The notes: generated from the letters alone by a model not told the origin. Counted from the first letter of the whole stretch, positions 39,819 through 48,781 are shown. The stretch: 63,902 bases of DNA, filler included, from an uncultured bacterium (GCA_964637655.1; 4 parts of 4 records of this genome joined end to end with filler, not necessarily neighbours in it), one strand, 5' to 3'. Numbers and translations are program-made.

Positions 39819-41945
39819 ATGCTGATTGTCATCGAATCGCCCAACAAGAGCAAAAAAATCGGGGCGCTGGCCAAGGCGCCGGTGGTCGCCACCGTCGGTC
39901 ATTTCCGCGACCTGCCGGACAAGGATCTGGGGATCGACCTGCAGACCTATGTGCCGACGTTTGTCTATACCGCGCGCGGCAAGAAGGTGGCGGGGCAGTT
40001 GAAGAGCGCGGCCAAGGGTGAGGACGTCTATATCGCGACCGACCCGGACCGCGAGGGGTATGCCATCGGCATGATGGCCTACGAGGAAGTCAAGAAGATC
40101 GCCAAGGCCTGCTTCCGGCTGGAAATCCGCGAAATCACCCCCAAGGGGGTGAAGGAAGCGTTCGCCAAGGCCATCCCGTTCGAGAAGACCAATTACGGAC
40201 TGTATGACGCGTTTCTCGGGCGGCGGGTGGGTGACCGCATCGTCGGCTACACCCTGTCGCCGCGGGCGATGCGCACCCTGCGCGGCAGTTTCAGCGTCGG
40301 GCGCGTGCAGTCGCCGGCGGTGCGCCTGCTGGTCGAGCGCGAGCGCGAGATTCGCGCCTTTGTCCCCGAAACCTACTGGAAACTGGCGGTACAGCTGCGC
40401 AAGGAGGAAACGTCATTCCTCGCGTGGCATACGGGTGACCGCTTCAAGGAGAAACCGGTCGCGGACGCCATTTTCGGGCGCATCACGGCAGCGACGACGG
40501 CGCAGGTCACGGACGTCAAGACGCGCGAGGAGCGCCGGCGCCCGAAGGCGCCCTTCACCACGGTCGACATGCAGGCGACGGCAAACGCGCAGCTGCGCAT
40601 GGCGCCCGAGTACTCGATGAAACTGGCGCAGGACCTGTTCGAACACGGGCTTATCACCTACCACCGTACCGACAGTGTGCGGCTGGCCGATGATTTCATC
40701 ACCGAGATCCGCACGTATGTCGAGGGCAATTTCGGGAAGCAGTACCTGCCGGCGGCGCCCAACGTCTACAAGTCGAAGAACTCGCAGGCGGAGGCGCACG
40801 AGGGCATCCGCCCGACGGCCCTGCAGCCGGTGGCGGAGATCGCCGCGCTCATGGCGGGCGAAGGACTGACGGACGAGCATCGCACGCTGTACGAACTGAT
40901 TTTCAGCCGCGCGGTGGCCAGCCAGATGACCGAGAGCATTTACGACGGCACGACCGTGCTGTTTGACGTGGCGGGCGAACCGTTCAAGGCGACGGGGAGC
41001 GTGCTGCGCTTCGACGGCTACCTGAAACTGTACCACGAACTCGAGGCGGAGAAGGAAAACGACCCCGACCAGGACAAGGCGGCCGAAGAGGACGCGGAGA
41101 ACCAGCAGCTGCCGGCACTGGCCGCGGGGGAGACGGTGGCCAAGGAGAAGGACCTGCTCGAAGAAAAGCAGACCAAGCCGCCGGCGCGGTTCACCGAGGG
41201 ACGACTGGTCAAGGAACTGGAAAAGCGGGGCATCGGGCGCCCGTCGACCTACGCGGCCATCATGCGCACGCTCAAGACGCGCGACTACGTCAACAAGCAG
41301 AAGGGGCGGCTGGTGGCGACGTGGAAGGCGGAGAAGCTGATTGATTATCTCGCCGCGCGCTACCAGTGGATTATCGACTACGAACTGACGCGCAGCTGGG
41401 AGGAGACCCTCGACCGGGTGGAAGAGGGGAAGGACCACTGGCAGGCGATGGTCAAGGATGTCTACACCAAGATCAACACGGTGCAGCCGGAATCGGCAAT
41501 CTCCGGGCCGCCACGCCCCCCGGGCACGCCCTCGCCCAAGCAGCTGTCGTATGCGCGGGCGCTTTCGGAGCAGACGGGCATGCCGCTGAGCGAGGAGCAA
41601 CTGGGAAGCAGCAAGCTGATCTCGGCGTTCATCGACGAGGCGCGGAGCAAGTCACGGTCAGTGGCGCCGCTGAGCGGCAAGCAGATGGCGGTGATCACCA
41701 AGAACGCGCCGCCCGAACTGGTCAAGCAGATCGAGGATGGCGACGTGCTGGCCGGGCGCGACTTTCTCGACACCTTCTTCGCGGAACTGAAGCAGAACCG
41801 CACGGCGCGCTACAAGCGCGGGCGCGGCGGCAAGGGCGCGGCGGAGAGTGCGCCCCCCGCGGCGGATGGCACCACCATGACGCCGGCGGTCAAGAAAAAG
41901 GCCCCGGCGAAGAAAAAGGCGGCAGTGCGCAAAAAAAAGTCCTGA
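39819..41945 (+). CDS. topA: Type IA DNA topoisomerase
   Basis: VIESPNK, ATVGH, ATDPDREG, GRVQSP, LITYHRTDS, AHEGIRPT, GIGRPSTYA. Confidence 0.92.
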   Translation: MLIVIESPNKSKKIGALAKAPVVATVGHFRDLPDKDLGIDLQTYVPTFVYTARGKKVAGQLKSAAKGEDVYIATDPDREGYAIGMMAYEEVKKIAKACFRLEIREITPKGVKEAFAKAIPFEKTNYGLYDAFLGRRVGDRIVGYTLSPRAMRTLRGSFSVGRVQSPAVRLLVEREREIRAFVPETYWKLAVQLRKEETSFLAWHTGDRFKEKPVADAIFGRITAATTAQVTDVKTREERRRPKAPFTTVDMQATANAQLRMAPEYSMKLAQDLFEHGLITYHRTDSVRLADDFITEIRTYVEGNFGKQYLPAAPNVYKSKNSQAEAHEGIRPTALQPVAEIAALMAGEGLTDEHRTLYELIFSRAVASQMTESIYDGTTVLFDVAGEPFKATGSVLRFDGYLKLYHELEAEKENDPDQDKAAEEDAENQQLPALAAGETVAKEKDLLEEKQTKPPARFTEGRLVKELEKRGIGRPSTYAAIMRTLKTRDYVNKQKGRLVATWKAEKLIDYLAARYQWIIDYELTRSWEETLDRVEEGKDHWQAMVKDVYTKINTVQPESAISGPPRPPGTPSPKQLSYARALSEQTGMPLSEEQLGSSKLISAFIDEARSKSRSVAPLSGKQMAVITKNAPPELVKQIEDGDVLAGRDFLDTFFAELKQNRTARYKRGRGGKGAAESAPPAADGTTMTPAVKKKAPAKKKAAVRKKKS

Positions 41946-41961
41946 ACAGAACATCCCGTGG

Positions 41962-41989
41962 CGGCGTCAGGAAGCAGTTCCTGACGCCG
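41962..41989. terminator. Perfect 12-bp hairpin between convergent genes (terminator or REP-like)
   Basis: CGGCGTCAGGAA-GCAG-TTCCTGACGCCG; no U-tract. Confidence 0.5.
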
Positions 41990-42028
41990 TACGTGTCTGC
42001 GGCCGCGGCGTATCAGCGGGGAGCGCGG

Positions 42029-42502
42029 TTATGAAGCGGGGCGGAGGCGGGCGCGGGCGGCGGCCTTGCAGCGGCCGTAGTCGACGGTGCTGATGCTGAG
42101 GGCGGCGGCGATTTTCAGCACGCGCTGCTCCTCGGCGCCGTCGAGATGCCCGTCGGCGGCAGCGACTTCGAGCAGCAGGTCAAGCAGGCGGAGGCGCTCG
42201 GGGTAGGGACGACCGCCCGCGACGGTGCGGACGAAGGAATAGCTTTCCACCGCCTGCGCGTCGGCGGTTTCGGCGAATGCCAGCAGCCCTTCGGCGTCAG
42301 TGGCCGGCAGGGCGAACTCCCGCTGCAGTATGGCGGCGGCGGCGGCGCGTTCAGCCGGGGCAAAATGTCCGTCGGCGGCGGCGGTTTTGAGCAGCAGGAC
42401 GGCGAGGGCCACCTCGCGCGCCTGCGGGTCGCGGGTCGGGGCGCTCTCGGCGAGCGCGGCGGGGCGCAGCAGCAGGTTGCGTACGGTATCAAGCAGGGCC
42501 AT
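42029..42502 (-). CDS. TerB-family protein
   Basis: Two AADG..xxE motifs (AAADGHFAPAE, AAADGHLDGAE). Confidence 0.85.
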   Translation of the reverse strand: MALLDTVRNLLLRPAALAESAPTRDPQAREVALAVLLLKTAAADGHFAPAERAAAAAILQREFALPATDAEGLLAFAETADAQAVESYSFVRTVAGGRPYPERLRLLDLLLEVAAADGHLDGAEEQRVLKIAAALSISTVDYGRCKAAARARLRPAS

Positions 42503-43199
42503 CAGTGTTCTCCAGCAGCGGGATGAGTTCCGTCAGCGAGTGCACAGTGTCATAGACGCCGCCGACGGGCACCTCGCTGTAGCGCCAGGCGGGGAAGATG
42601 CGCATGAGCACGGCGCGGCAGCCGAGCGCGATGGCCGGGGCGATCTCCCCGCGCAACGAGTCGCCGATCACGGTGACGGTGCGCGGGTCGCGTTCCCCGA
42701 TAACGGTGTGCAGCGCTTCCCCGGTTTTCTGCGCGACGATATGCACGGCGGCGAAGTGGCGGCGCAGGTCGTTGACGGCGATCTTGCGCTTCTGGATCGC
42801 CTGCACCCCGAGCGTGTAGAGGATCAGCTCGTATGTTGTCCCGAGACGTTCGAGCACGGCATGGGTATCAGGGAAGGCGCGCGGCACGTCGTCGTAGACG
42901 CAGCGCCCGAGAGCGTCGAGTTCCTGTTCGAGCGCCAGCGGGCAGGGCAGGTGCGCGCGACTGGCAACGCGGCGCGCGGTCTCGGTGAGCGACCAGGGGA
43001 AACGGTCGACAGCGAAGCCGAAGGCGGCAACCGCCTGCCCGTCGATCTCCTCCTGCAGGTCGCGGATGGCGGCGCGGTCCATGCCGGCATCGGGATACGC
43101 GGCGGCGATGCGGTCGACAGCGGCGGTGATGGCGGTCTCGTAGAGCGGCGCGGTGGCAATCAGCGTATCGTCGAGATCAAAGACCAGCGTGCGCGGCAT
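42489..43199 (-). CDS. HAD-superfamily hydrolase
   Basis: FDLDDTL, YTLG, K, IGDSLRGEI. Confidence 0.88.
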   Translation of the reverse strand: MPRTLVFDLDDTLIATAPLYETAITAAVDRIAAAYPDAGMDRAAIRDLQEEIDGQAVAAFGFAVDRFPWSLTETARRVASRAHLPCPLALEQELDALGRCVYDDVPRAFPDTHAVLERLGTTYELILYTLGVQAIQKRKIAVNDLRRHFAAVHIVAQKTGEALHTVIGERDPRTVTVIGDSLRGEIAPAIALGCRAVLMRIFPAWRYSEVPVGGVYDTVHSLTELIPLLENTDGPA

Positions 43200-43202
43200 G
43201 AA

Positions 43203-43784
43203 TCAGGCGCTGACCCGGTGCCCGCATTGCGGGCAGAACTTCGTGTCGCGCGGGAAGGTCGTCTGGCACTGCGCGCAGCGGTGGGGGGCTTCCGGTTGCG
43301 CCGGCTCGGCTTTGGCCGGTTTGGCCGGCGGTTTCGGCTTTTCCGCGGCGGCGGGCGGCGGCACTGCCCGCGGAAAGCGGTTGGCTTCGCGCAGGCGTCC
43401 GGAGAGCGAGCGGAGGATCTGCAGGACGATGGGGTTGGAGGAACCGATGATGAGATTGAAGTTCTCGCGCGCGATGCAGATGAGTTTCACCTGGGTCAGC
43501 GCGCGCGCGGTGGCGGAACGCGGGCAGTCGTTGAGCAGCGCCATCTCGCCGAAAAAGTCGCCGCGCTTGAGGATGCCGAGCGTCTGCACCCCGGTACCGG
43601 CGAAAAGGCGCGTGCTGCGGTCGAGTTCGAATTCGCGGTAGGTCTTGGTCACCTCGACTTCGCCGTCGAGAATGAGGTACATCTCGTCGCCGCAGGAGTC
43701 CTCCATGAAGATGACGCTCCCCGGCCCGTACTCGCGCCCGAACTTCACGTAGAGCTGCTCGAGTTTTTCCAGCGACAGTTCCAT
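43203..43784 (-). CDS. Cyclic-nucleotide-binding protein with C-terminal zinc ribbon
   Basis: GDEMYLILDGEV, GDFFGEMALL..PRSATARA; CAQC..CPQCG. Confidence 0.85.
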   Translation of the reverse strand: MELSLEKLEQLYVKFGREYGPGSVIFMEDSCGDEMYLILDGEVEVTKTYREFELDRSTRLFAGTGVQTLGILKRGDFFGEMALLNDCPRSATARALTQVKLICIARENFNLIIGSSNPIVLQILRSLSGRLREANRFPRAVPPPAAAEKPKPPAKPAKAEPAQPEAPHRCAQCQTTFPRDTKFCPQCGHRVSA

Positions 43785-43794
43785 GCGTTTCTCC

Positions 43795-44088
43795 TCAGAC
43801 CAGTCCGGCGTACAGCAGGTAGGCCCAGTTGGCGGTGAGCGCGACGAGCAGCAGCCAGCGGGCACCGGGGATGTGCGGGCCGTGTGGCCAGCGGCCGTTG
43901 CGGCGGTGACGGCTGATGCCCCAGGCGGCATAGGCGGCAATGCCCGCCAGCAGGAGCAGCAGGCCGGGATTGAGCAGCAGCGCGCGCTGCCAGTCACCGT
44001 GCAGCAGGGCCAAAACCGCACGCGTCCCCCCGCAGGACGGACAGGGATACCCCGTCAGCCAGTGGAAGGGGCAGGGGAGCGCGGGCAT
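43795..44088 (-). CDS. DUF2752-like small membrane protein
   Basis: CPFHWLTGYPCPSCGGTRA..LLHGD..ALLLNP. Confidence 0.8.
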   Translation of the reverse strand: MPALPCPFHWLTGYPCPSCGGTRAVLALLHGDWQRALLLNPGLLLLLAGIAAYAAWGISRHRRNGRWPHGPHIPGARWLLLVALTANWAYLLYAGLV

Positions 44089-44766
44089 TTACGCGGCCGC
44101 GGCGAAGGCGCCAGCACCGACGGCGACGACGATGATGGCGATGACCCCGCCAATAATGAGCAAGGTGCAGGTGCAGCCGATGAGCAGGTAGCCGACAATG
44201 GCCTGCCACCATTCGATCTCATGCATCTCTTTCAGGCCAATGATGGCGAGCCCGACCGTCCACAGGCCGCCGACAATGCCGCCGATAATGGGGACGACGG
44301 CAAAGCACATCGGGGCCTGCGCGTAGGCAACGGCGCGGAAGGTGGTCTCGAAGCCGCGTCTGGCGCCACCGACAATCAGCAGCCCGAGATGGGCCAAGGC
44401 GCTGGTAACAAAGAGCCCGAGGACGGCACCAACCGGACTGAAGATGATGGCGATGACCGCAAAGACGACGTTGAAGCCGCCCTGCATCATGGCGGTCTGC
44501 ACGGCTGCCTCCTCACCGCTGGCGGCGGTGAGGCCGGCGCTGGCGAGCTGCATGAGCAGGTTCCACAATTGGCCGAAGGCGATGCCAATGGTGGCGAAAA
44601 TGGCGCCGTAGTAGAGCGGTCCGGTGAGCCCCCCCTCGCGCGGGGTGCCGGCGAAGTAGGCGGTCGGCTCGAACAGCGATTGTTGGGCTGCGGCGAGCAG
44701 CGCGTTCCAGGTGCCCAGTGACTCGCGCTGTTCCCAGGGATTGACGGTTGCGGACGGGTTTTCCAT
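44089..44766 (-). CDS. YIP1-family membrane protein
   Basis: NPWE.R..LG, LFEPTAYF, FETTFRAVAYAQAP, GLKEMH; promoter TTGCCT-N17-TAGAAT and AGGAGG upstream. Confidence 0.8.
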   Translation of the reverse strand: MENPSATVNPWEQRESLGTWNALLAAAQQSLFEPTAYFAGTPREGGLTGPLYYGAIFATIGIAFGQLWNLLMQLASAGLTAASGEEAAVQTAMMQGGFNVVFAVIAIIFSPVGAVLGLFVTSALAHLGLLIVGGARRGFETTFRAVAYAQAPMCFAVVPIIGGIVGGLWTVGLAIIGLKEMHEIEWWQAIVGYLLIGCTCTLLIIGGVIAIIVVAVGAGAFAAAA

Positions 44767-44829
44767 GTGCCACCTCCTGCGGGGTATTCTACACGGTTGC
44801 GCGGGTGGAGGCAAATTGACTGCGGCCTT

Positions 44830-44982
44830 GCCCTCCATGGCGGCTGCGGCATGCATCGCCTCGTGCGATTGGCCGCAGCCTGTGCCCTCCATGGCGGCTG
44901 CGGCATGCACTGCATCCTGCAGTTTGCCGCAGCCTGTGCCCTCCATGGCGGCTGCGGCATGCATCGCCTCGTGCGATTGACA
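44830..44982. repeat. 54-bp palindromic tandem repeat, about 3 copies, between divergent promoters
   Basis: GCCCTCCATGGCGGCTGCGGCATGCA at 44830, 44884, 44938. Confidence 0.9.
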
Positions 44983-45005
44983 GGGGGGCACGGGCAAACT
45001 ACAAT
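44977..45005 (+). promoter_or_regulatory. Leaderless-type sigma70 promoter of the BMC-P operon
   Basis: TTGACA-N17-TACAAT, 7 nt before ATG 45013, no SD. Confidence 0.72.
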
Positions 45006-45012
45006 TCGCGGC

Positions 45013-45354
45013 ATGGAACTGGCCTTGGTTACGGGTACGGTCGTCTGTTCGGTCAAGGACGCCAACATGCCCGTGGAAAAACTGCTCCTGCTGCAGCCCC
45101 TGACGACCGCCCTGCAGGCGAAGGGTGACGAACTGGTCGCCACCGACGTGACGGGGGCGGGTGTGGGGGAAGTGGTGCTTTTCGCCAAGGGGTCGTCCGC
45201 GCGTCAGACCGCCGCGACGGAGAACAAGCCGGTGGACGGGCTGGTCATCGGCATCGTCGACGAGATGGAACTGCACGGAAAACTCGCCTTCCGCCGGGGA
45301 CAGGACGAGCCGACACTGGCCGCCATCGACAGGCAGCTGGCGGGGAAAAAGTAA
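45013..45354 (+). CDS. BMC vertex protein (EutN/CcmL, BMC-P) 1, with C-terminal extension
   Basis: MELALVTGTVVCSVKD..KLLLLQP..VATDVTGAGVGE..GSSAR..PVDGLVIGIVD. Confidence 0.9.
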   Translation: MELALVTGTVVCSVKDANMPVEKLLLLQPLTTALQAKGDELVATDVTGAGVGEVVLFAKGSSARQTAATENKPVDGLVIGIVDEMELHGKLAFRRGQDEPTLAAIDRQLAGKK

Positions 45355-45629
45355 TGCATCCCGCGAAAGTCATCGGGCGGGTGGTCTGCAGCCGCCAGTA
45401 CGAGACGCTGCGCCACGAGAAACTGCTGGTGGTGCAGCCGACGGACTGGACCGGGGCGGCGAAGGGTGAACCGTTCATTGCCATCGACGCGGTCGGGGCG
45501 GGCGCGGACGAGTGGATCATGTACGTGCAGTCGCGCGAGGCGGCGTTCCCCTTCAAGAAGATGCCGCCGGTGGACGCGGCCATCGTCGCCATCATCGACG
45601 GTGTCGAGTTCAGGAAGGAACTGCTCTGA
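45354..45629 (+). CDS. BMC-P protein 2
   Basis: AKVIGRVVCS..KLLVVQP..AIDAVGAG..SREAA..PVDAAIVAIID; TAATG coupling. Confidence 0.9.
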   Translation: MHPAKVIGRVVCSRQYETLRHEKLLVVQPTDWTGAAKGEPFIAIDAVGAGADEWIMYVQSREAAFPFKKMPPVDAAIVAIIDGVEFRKELL

Positions 45630-45925
45630 TGTTCACCTGCCGGGTGGTCGGGACGGTCTGGGCGACGCGCAAGCACCGCGCGCTGGAAGGCAAGCGCATG
45701 CTGCTGGTGGCGCCCGTGGACGGCATCACCGGCAAGACGGTGGCCGACCCGATGATGGCGATCGCGGGTAAGATCGACGCGGGGATCGGCGACCTCGTGC
45801 TGGTGATCGACGAGGGGAGCTCGACCCGCTACATCCTCGGCGATGACCATGCCCCCATCCGCACCAACGTGGTCGGCGTGGTCGACGCGGTGAGCGAGGG
45901 CGCACACACGGTGCGCTACCACTGA
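45629..45925 (+). CDS. BMC-P protein 3
   Basis: RVVGTVWATRKH..LEG..DAGIGDLVLV.DEGSSTR..PIRTNVVGVVD; TGATG coupling. Confidence 0.9.
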   Translation: MFTCRVVGTVWATRKHRALEGKRMLLVAPVDGITGKTVADPMMAIAGKIDAGIGDLVLVIDEGSSTRYILGDDHAPIRTNVVGVVDAVSEGAHTVRYH

Positions 45926-46227
45926 TGAAACTCGCGCGCGTTCTCGGCACGGTCATCTGCACGCACAAGGACCCGAACTTCACCGGCAAGAAACTGCTCG
46001 TCGTGCAGCCGGTGGATTCGCGCCTGGCGCCGGCGGGAAAGAAGGAAGTGTCGGTGGACACGGTGGACGCGGGCGAGGGTGACCTGGTGATGATCGTCAA
46101 CGGGTCGTCGGCGCGGCGCACGGGGACCAGCCGCACGCATCCCTGCGACAGCGCGATCATCGCGATCATCGACAGCGTGCACGCGGACGGGAAACGGACC
46201 TACCTGAAGGCGGAGGACCGCACGTGA
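45925..46227 (+). CDS. BMC-P protein 4
   Basis: MKLARVLGTVICTHKD..KLLVVQP..VDTVDAGEGD..GSSAR..PCDSAIIAIID. Confidence 0.92.
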   Translation: MKLARVLGTVICTHKDPNFTGKKLLVVQPVDSRLAPAGKKEVSVDTVDAGEGDLVMIVNGSSARRTGTSRTHPCDSAIIAIIDSVHADGKRTYLKAEDRT

Positions 46228-46511
46228 AACTGGCGAAGGTGACCGGGACGGTGGTGGTCAGCCGCAAGGACGACAACCTGCCGGGCGACCGGCTGCTCAT
46301 CGTGCGCAACCTCGACCGCGCCATGCAACCGCAGGCGGGCGAATTCATCGTTATGGACACGGTCGACGCGGGCGAAGGCGACATCGTCCTTTACAGCACG
46401 GGGTCGTCGGCGCGCATGACGAAGACCATGTGGGAGAAGTGCGTCGACGGGACCATCGTCGGCATCGTGCAGCACGTGACGCGCGGCGACCAGACCGTCT
46501 ACCGCACGTGA
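46224..46511 (+). CDS. BMC-P protein 5
   Basis: KLAKVTGTVVVSRKD..DTVDAGEGD.VL..GSSAR..VDGTIVGIV; GTGA coupling. Confidence 0.9.
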   Translation: MKLAKVTGTVVVSRKDDNLPGDRLLIVRNLDRAMQPQAGEFIVMDTVDAGEGDIVLYSTGSSARMTKTMWEKCVDGTIVGIVQHVTRGDQTVYRT

Positions 46512-46514
46512 CCC

Positions 46515-47633
46515 TTGCCGTCCGCTCCGCGTTCCATACCCCTCGCACCTGAAACCGCGCCGCCGGCTACGGGGCGCACACGACGCATCCTGCACATCGT
46601 CAATGCCCTGACCATTGGGGGAGCCGAGCAGACGCTCTGCGCTCTCGCGCGGCACCAGCGCGCGCAGGGACATGCCGTGCAGGTGCTGACGCTGGCGCGG
46701 CGCGGGGCGCTGGCGGACGGCCTCGCGGCTGACGGCATCGACATCAGGCACGTGCCGCTGACCGGCTGGTGGCAGGTGCATCGGCTGGCGGCAGTGGCGG
46801 ACGCCATCAGCGTCTTTGCTCCCGACAGCATCCATACCCACCTGTTTGCCGCGTCACTGACCGCGGCTCTCGCGGCGCGCGGTGCGGGGTATGCCGGCAG
46901 GTTTGGCATCAGCATCTACGAGACGGGCTACTGGATGCGTTCGTGGCACCGGCTGGCGGAGCGGTTGTGCATCGTGACGCGCGCGGACACGGTTATCGCT
47001 GACAGCCCGGTGCTGACGGAGATGCTGGTTGCCCGCGGCTATGACCGTGCGCGTCTCCACGTGGTTTACCCGCTGGTCGCCCCGGCGTATGAGAAACTGC
47101 CGGCGCCGGCGGCGGACAATACCGCCGCGCTGCTGCCGGCGCGGCTCGACCCGGTGAAGGGGCATGACGTGCTGCTGGCGGCGCTGGCGCGGCACGGCAA
47201 GGAGTTGCCGCGGCTGACGGTGACCTGCGCGGGTGACGGGCCGCTGCGCGCAGCGCTCACGGCCCGGGCCCCGGCGGGCGTGCGCTGTGCCGGCGACTGC
47301 CCCGACCTGCCGGCACTGCTGCGTGAGCATGCCATCGTGGTGCTGCCGTCGCGCGAGGAGACGACGCCGCTGGTGCTGCTCGAGGCGATGGCAGCGGGGC
47401 GCGCCATCGTGGCGAGCGCGCTGCCGGGGATCATGGCCATCCTGCGCGACGGGGAAGAGGCGCTGCTGGTGCCGCCCGACGACGCGGACGCGCTGGCGGC
47501 GGCGTTGCGGCGCCTGCATGACGACGCGGCGCTGCGGGCGCGGCTGGGGGCGGCGGCGCGCGCGCGCTATGCCCGGGAATTCTCCGCAGCGGCACAGCTG
47601 CGGGCCCTGGAGGGTATTTATGGCGCGCACTGA
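46515..47633 (+). CDS. Glycosyltransferase family 4
   Basis: ILHIVNAL.IGGAE, ARLDPVKG, ETTPLVLLEAMAAG; exact start uncertain. Confidence 0.9.
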   Translation: MPSAPRSIPLAPETAPPATGRTRRILHIVNALTIGGAEQTLCALARHQRAQGHAVQVLTLARRGALADGLAADGIDIRHVPLTGWWQVHRLAAVADAISVFAPDSIHTHLFAASLTAALAARGAGYAGRFGISIYETGYWMRSWHRLAERLCIVTRADTVIADSPVLTEMLVARGYDRARLHVVYPLVAPAYEKLPAPAADNTAALLPARLDPVKGHDVLLAALARHGKELPRLTVTCAGDGPLRAALTARAPAGVRCAGDCPDLPALLREHAIVVLPSREETTPLVLLEAMAAGRAIVASALPGIMAILRDGEEALLVPPDDADALAAALRRLHDDAALRARLGAAARARYAREFSAAAQLRALEGIYGAH

Positions 47634-48681
47634 ACAGCGGCCGGGGGTGCTCATGGTCTGCTGGCATTTCCCGCCGGCCGGCGGCGCGGGCGTGCAGCGC
47701 TCGCTGCAGTTTGCGGCCAACCTCGCGCGGCAGGGCGTGCGCGTGGTCGTGCTGACGACGGACGGCGGACACCATTTTGCCGAGGACGCGTCGCTGCTGG
47801 CGGCGGTGCCGGCGGCGGTGCGGGTCGAGCGGGTGCGCGGGTTCGACCCGGAGGCGCTGGACGCGGTGCGGCAGCTGCGGGCGCGGCCCGTGAACACTCC
47901 GGACGCGGCGCGCGGCACGACGTGGCAGGTGCTGCGGTATCTGAAGCGCTTCCTCTCCGTACCCGACACGAAACTTGCCTGGCTGCCGGCGGCGGTGGCG
48001 CGCGGACGCGGCCTGCTGCAGGCGGAACACCTCGATACCATCTACACCACGGCGCCCCCGTACACGGCCCATCTCGTCGGCTGGCTGCTGCATGACCTGA
48101 CCGGGAAACGCTGGCTCGCAGATTTCCGCGACCCGTGGGCGGACAGCCCGTACGCGACGTACGCGACGCCGCTGCACCGGTGGCTCGACCACCGCCTGGA
48201 ACGCGCGGTAGTGCGGGCGGCGGACGCGGTGATCGGGGTGAACGCGGCAGTAACGGCGGGGCTGCAGCGCGTGGCGCATGACGACAGGAAGTGCCACACC
48301 ATTTACAACGGCTACGTGGCGATGTCGTCGGCCCCGGCTGCGCGTGCGGACGGGCAGTTCACCATCGTGCATCTCGGCACGCTGTACGGCAAGCGCTCGG
48401 CAGCAAACTTTCTGCGCGCAGCGGGCGCGTTCCGGCGGCAGCGTCCGGCGGCGAACCTGCGCCTTGTCTTTGTCGGGCAGTTCGACACGGAGCAGGCGGC
48501 AGTGACGGAAGCGGCGGTGACGGAAGCGGGACTGGCGGACGCGGTGGAACGTACCGGGTTTCTGCCGCGCGCGGCGGCGCTGGCGCGGCTGCAGGCGGCG
48601 CACGCGGCGGTGCTCATCATTCACGGTGACGAGACCCCGGAAAAACTGTTCGACTACCTGCAGGCGGAACTGCCGGTGCTC
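47620..48681 (+). CDS. Glycosyltransferase family 4-like, truncated by contig end
   Basis: HFPPAGGAGVQR, TTAPPY..HLVG, ADFRDPW, IYNGY, HLGTLYG.R, EKLFDYL. Confidence 0.85.
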
Positions 48682-48781
48682 NNNNNNNNNNNNNNNNNNN
48701 NNNNNNNNNNNNNNNNNNNNNNNNNTTAATTAATTAANNNNNNNNNNNNNNNNNNNNNNNNNNNNNNNNNNNNNNNNNNNN
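48682..48781. other. Artificial contig linker
   Basis: N44-TTAATTAATTAA-N44. Confidence 0.97.

Noticed and set aside
44830-44982. Possible mini-CRISPR (constant part plus variable 16-bp segments)
   Set aside because: Variable parts are too short, units 1 and 3 are identical and self-complementary, and no cas genes are present.
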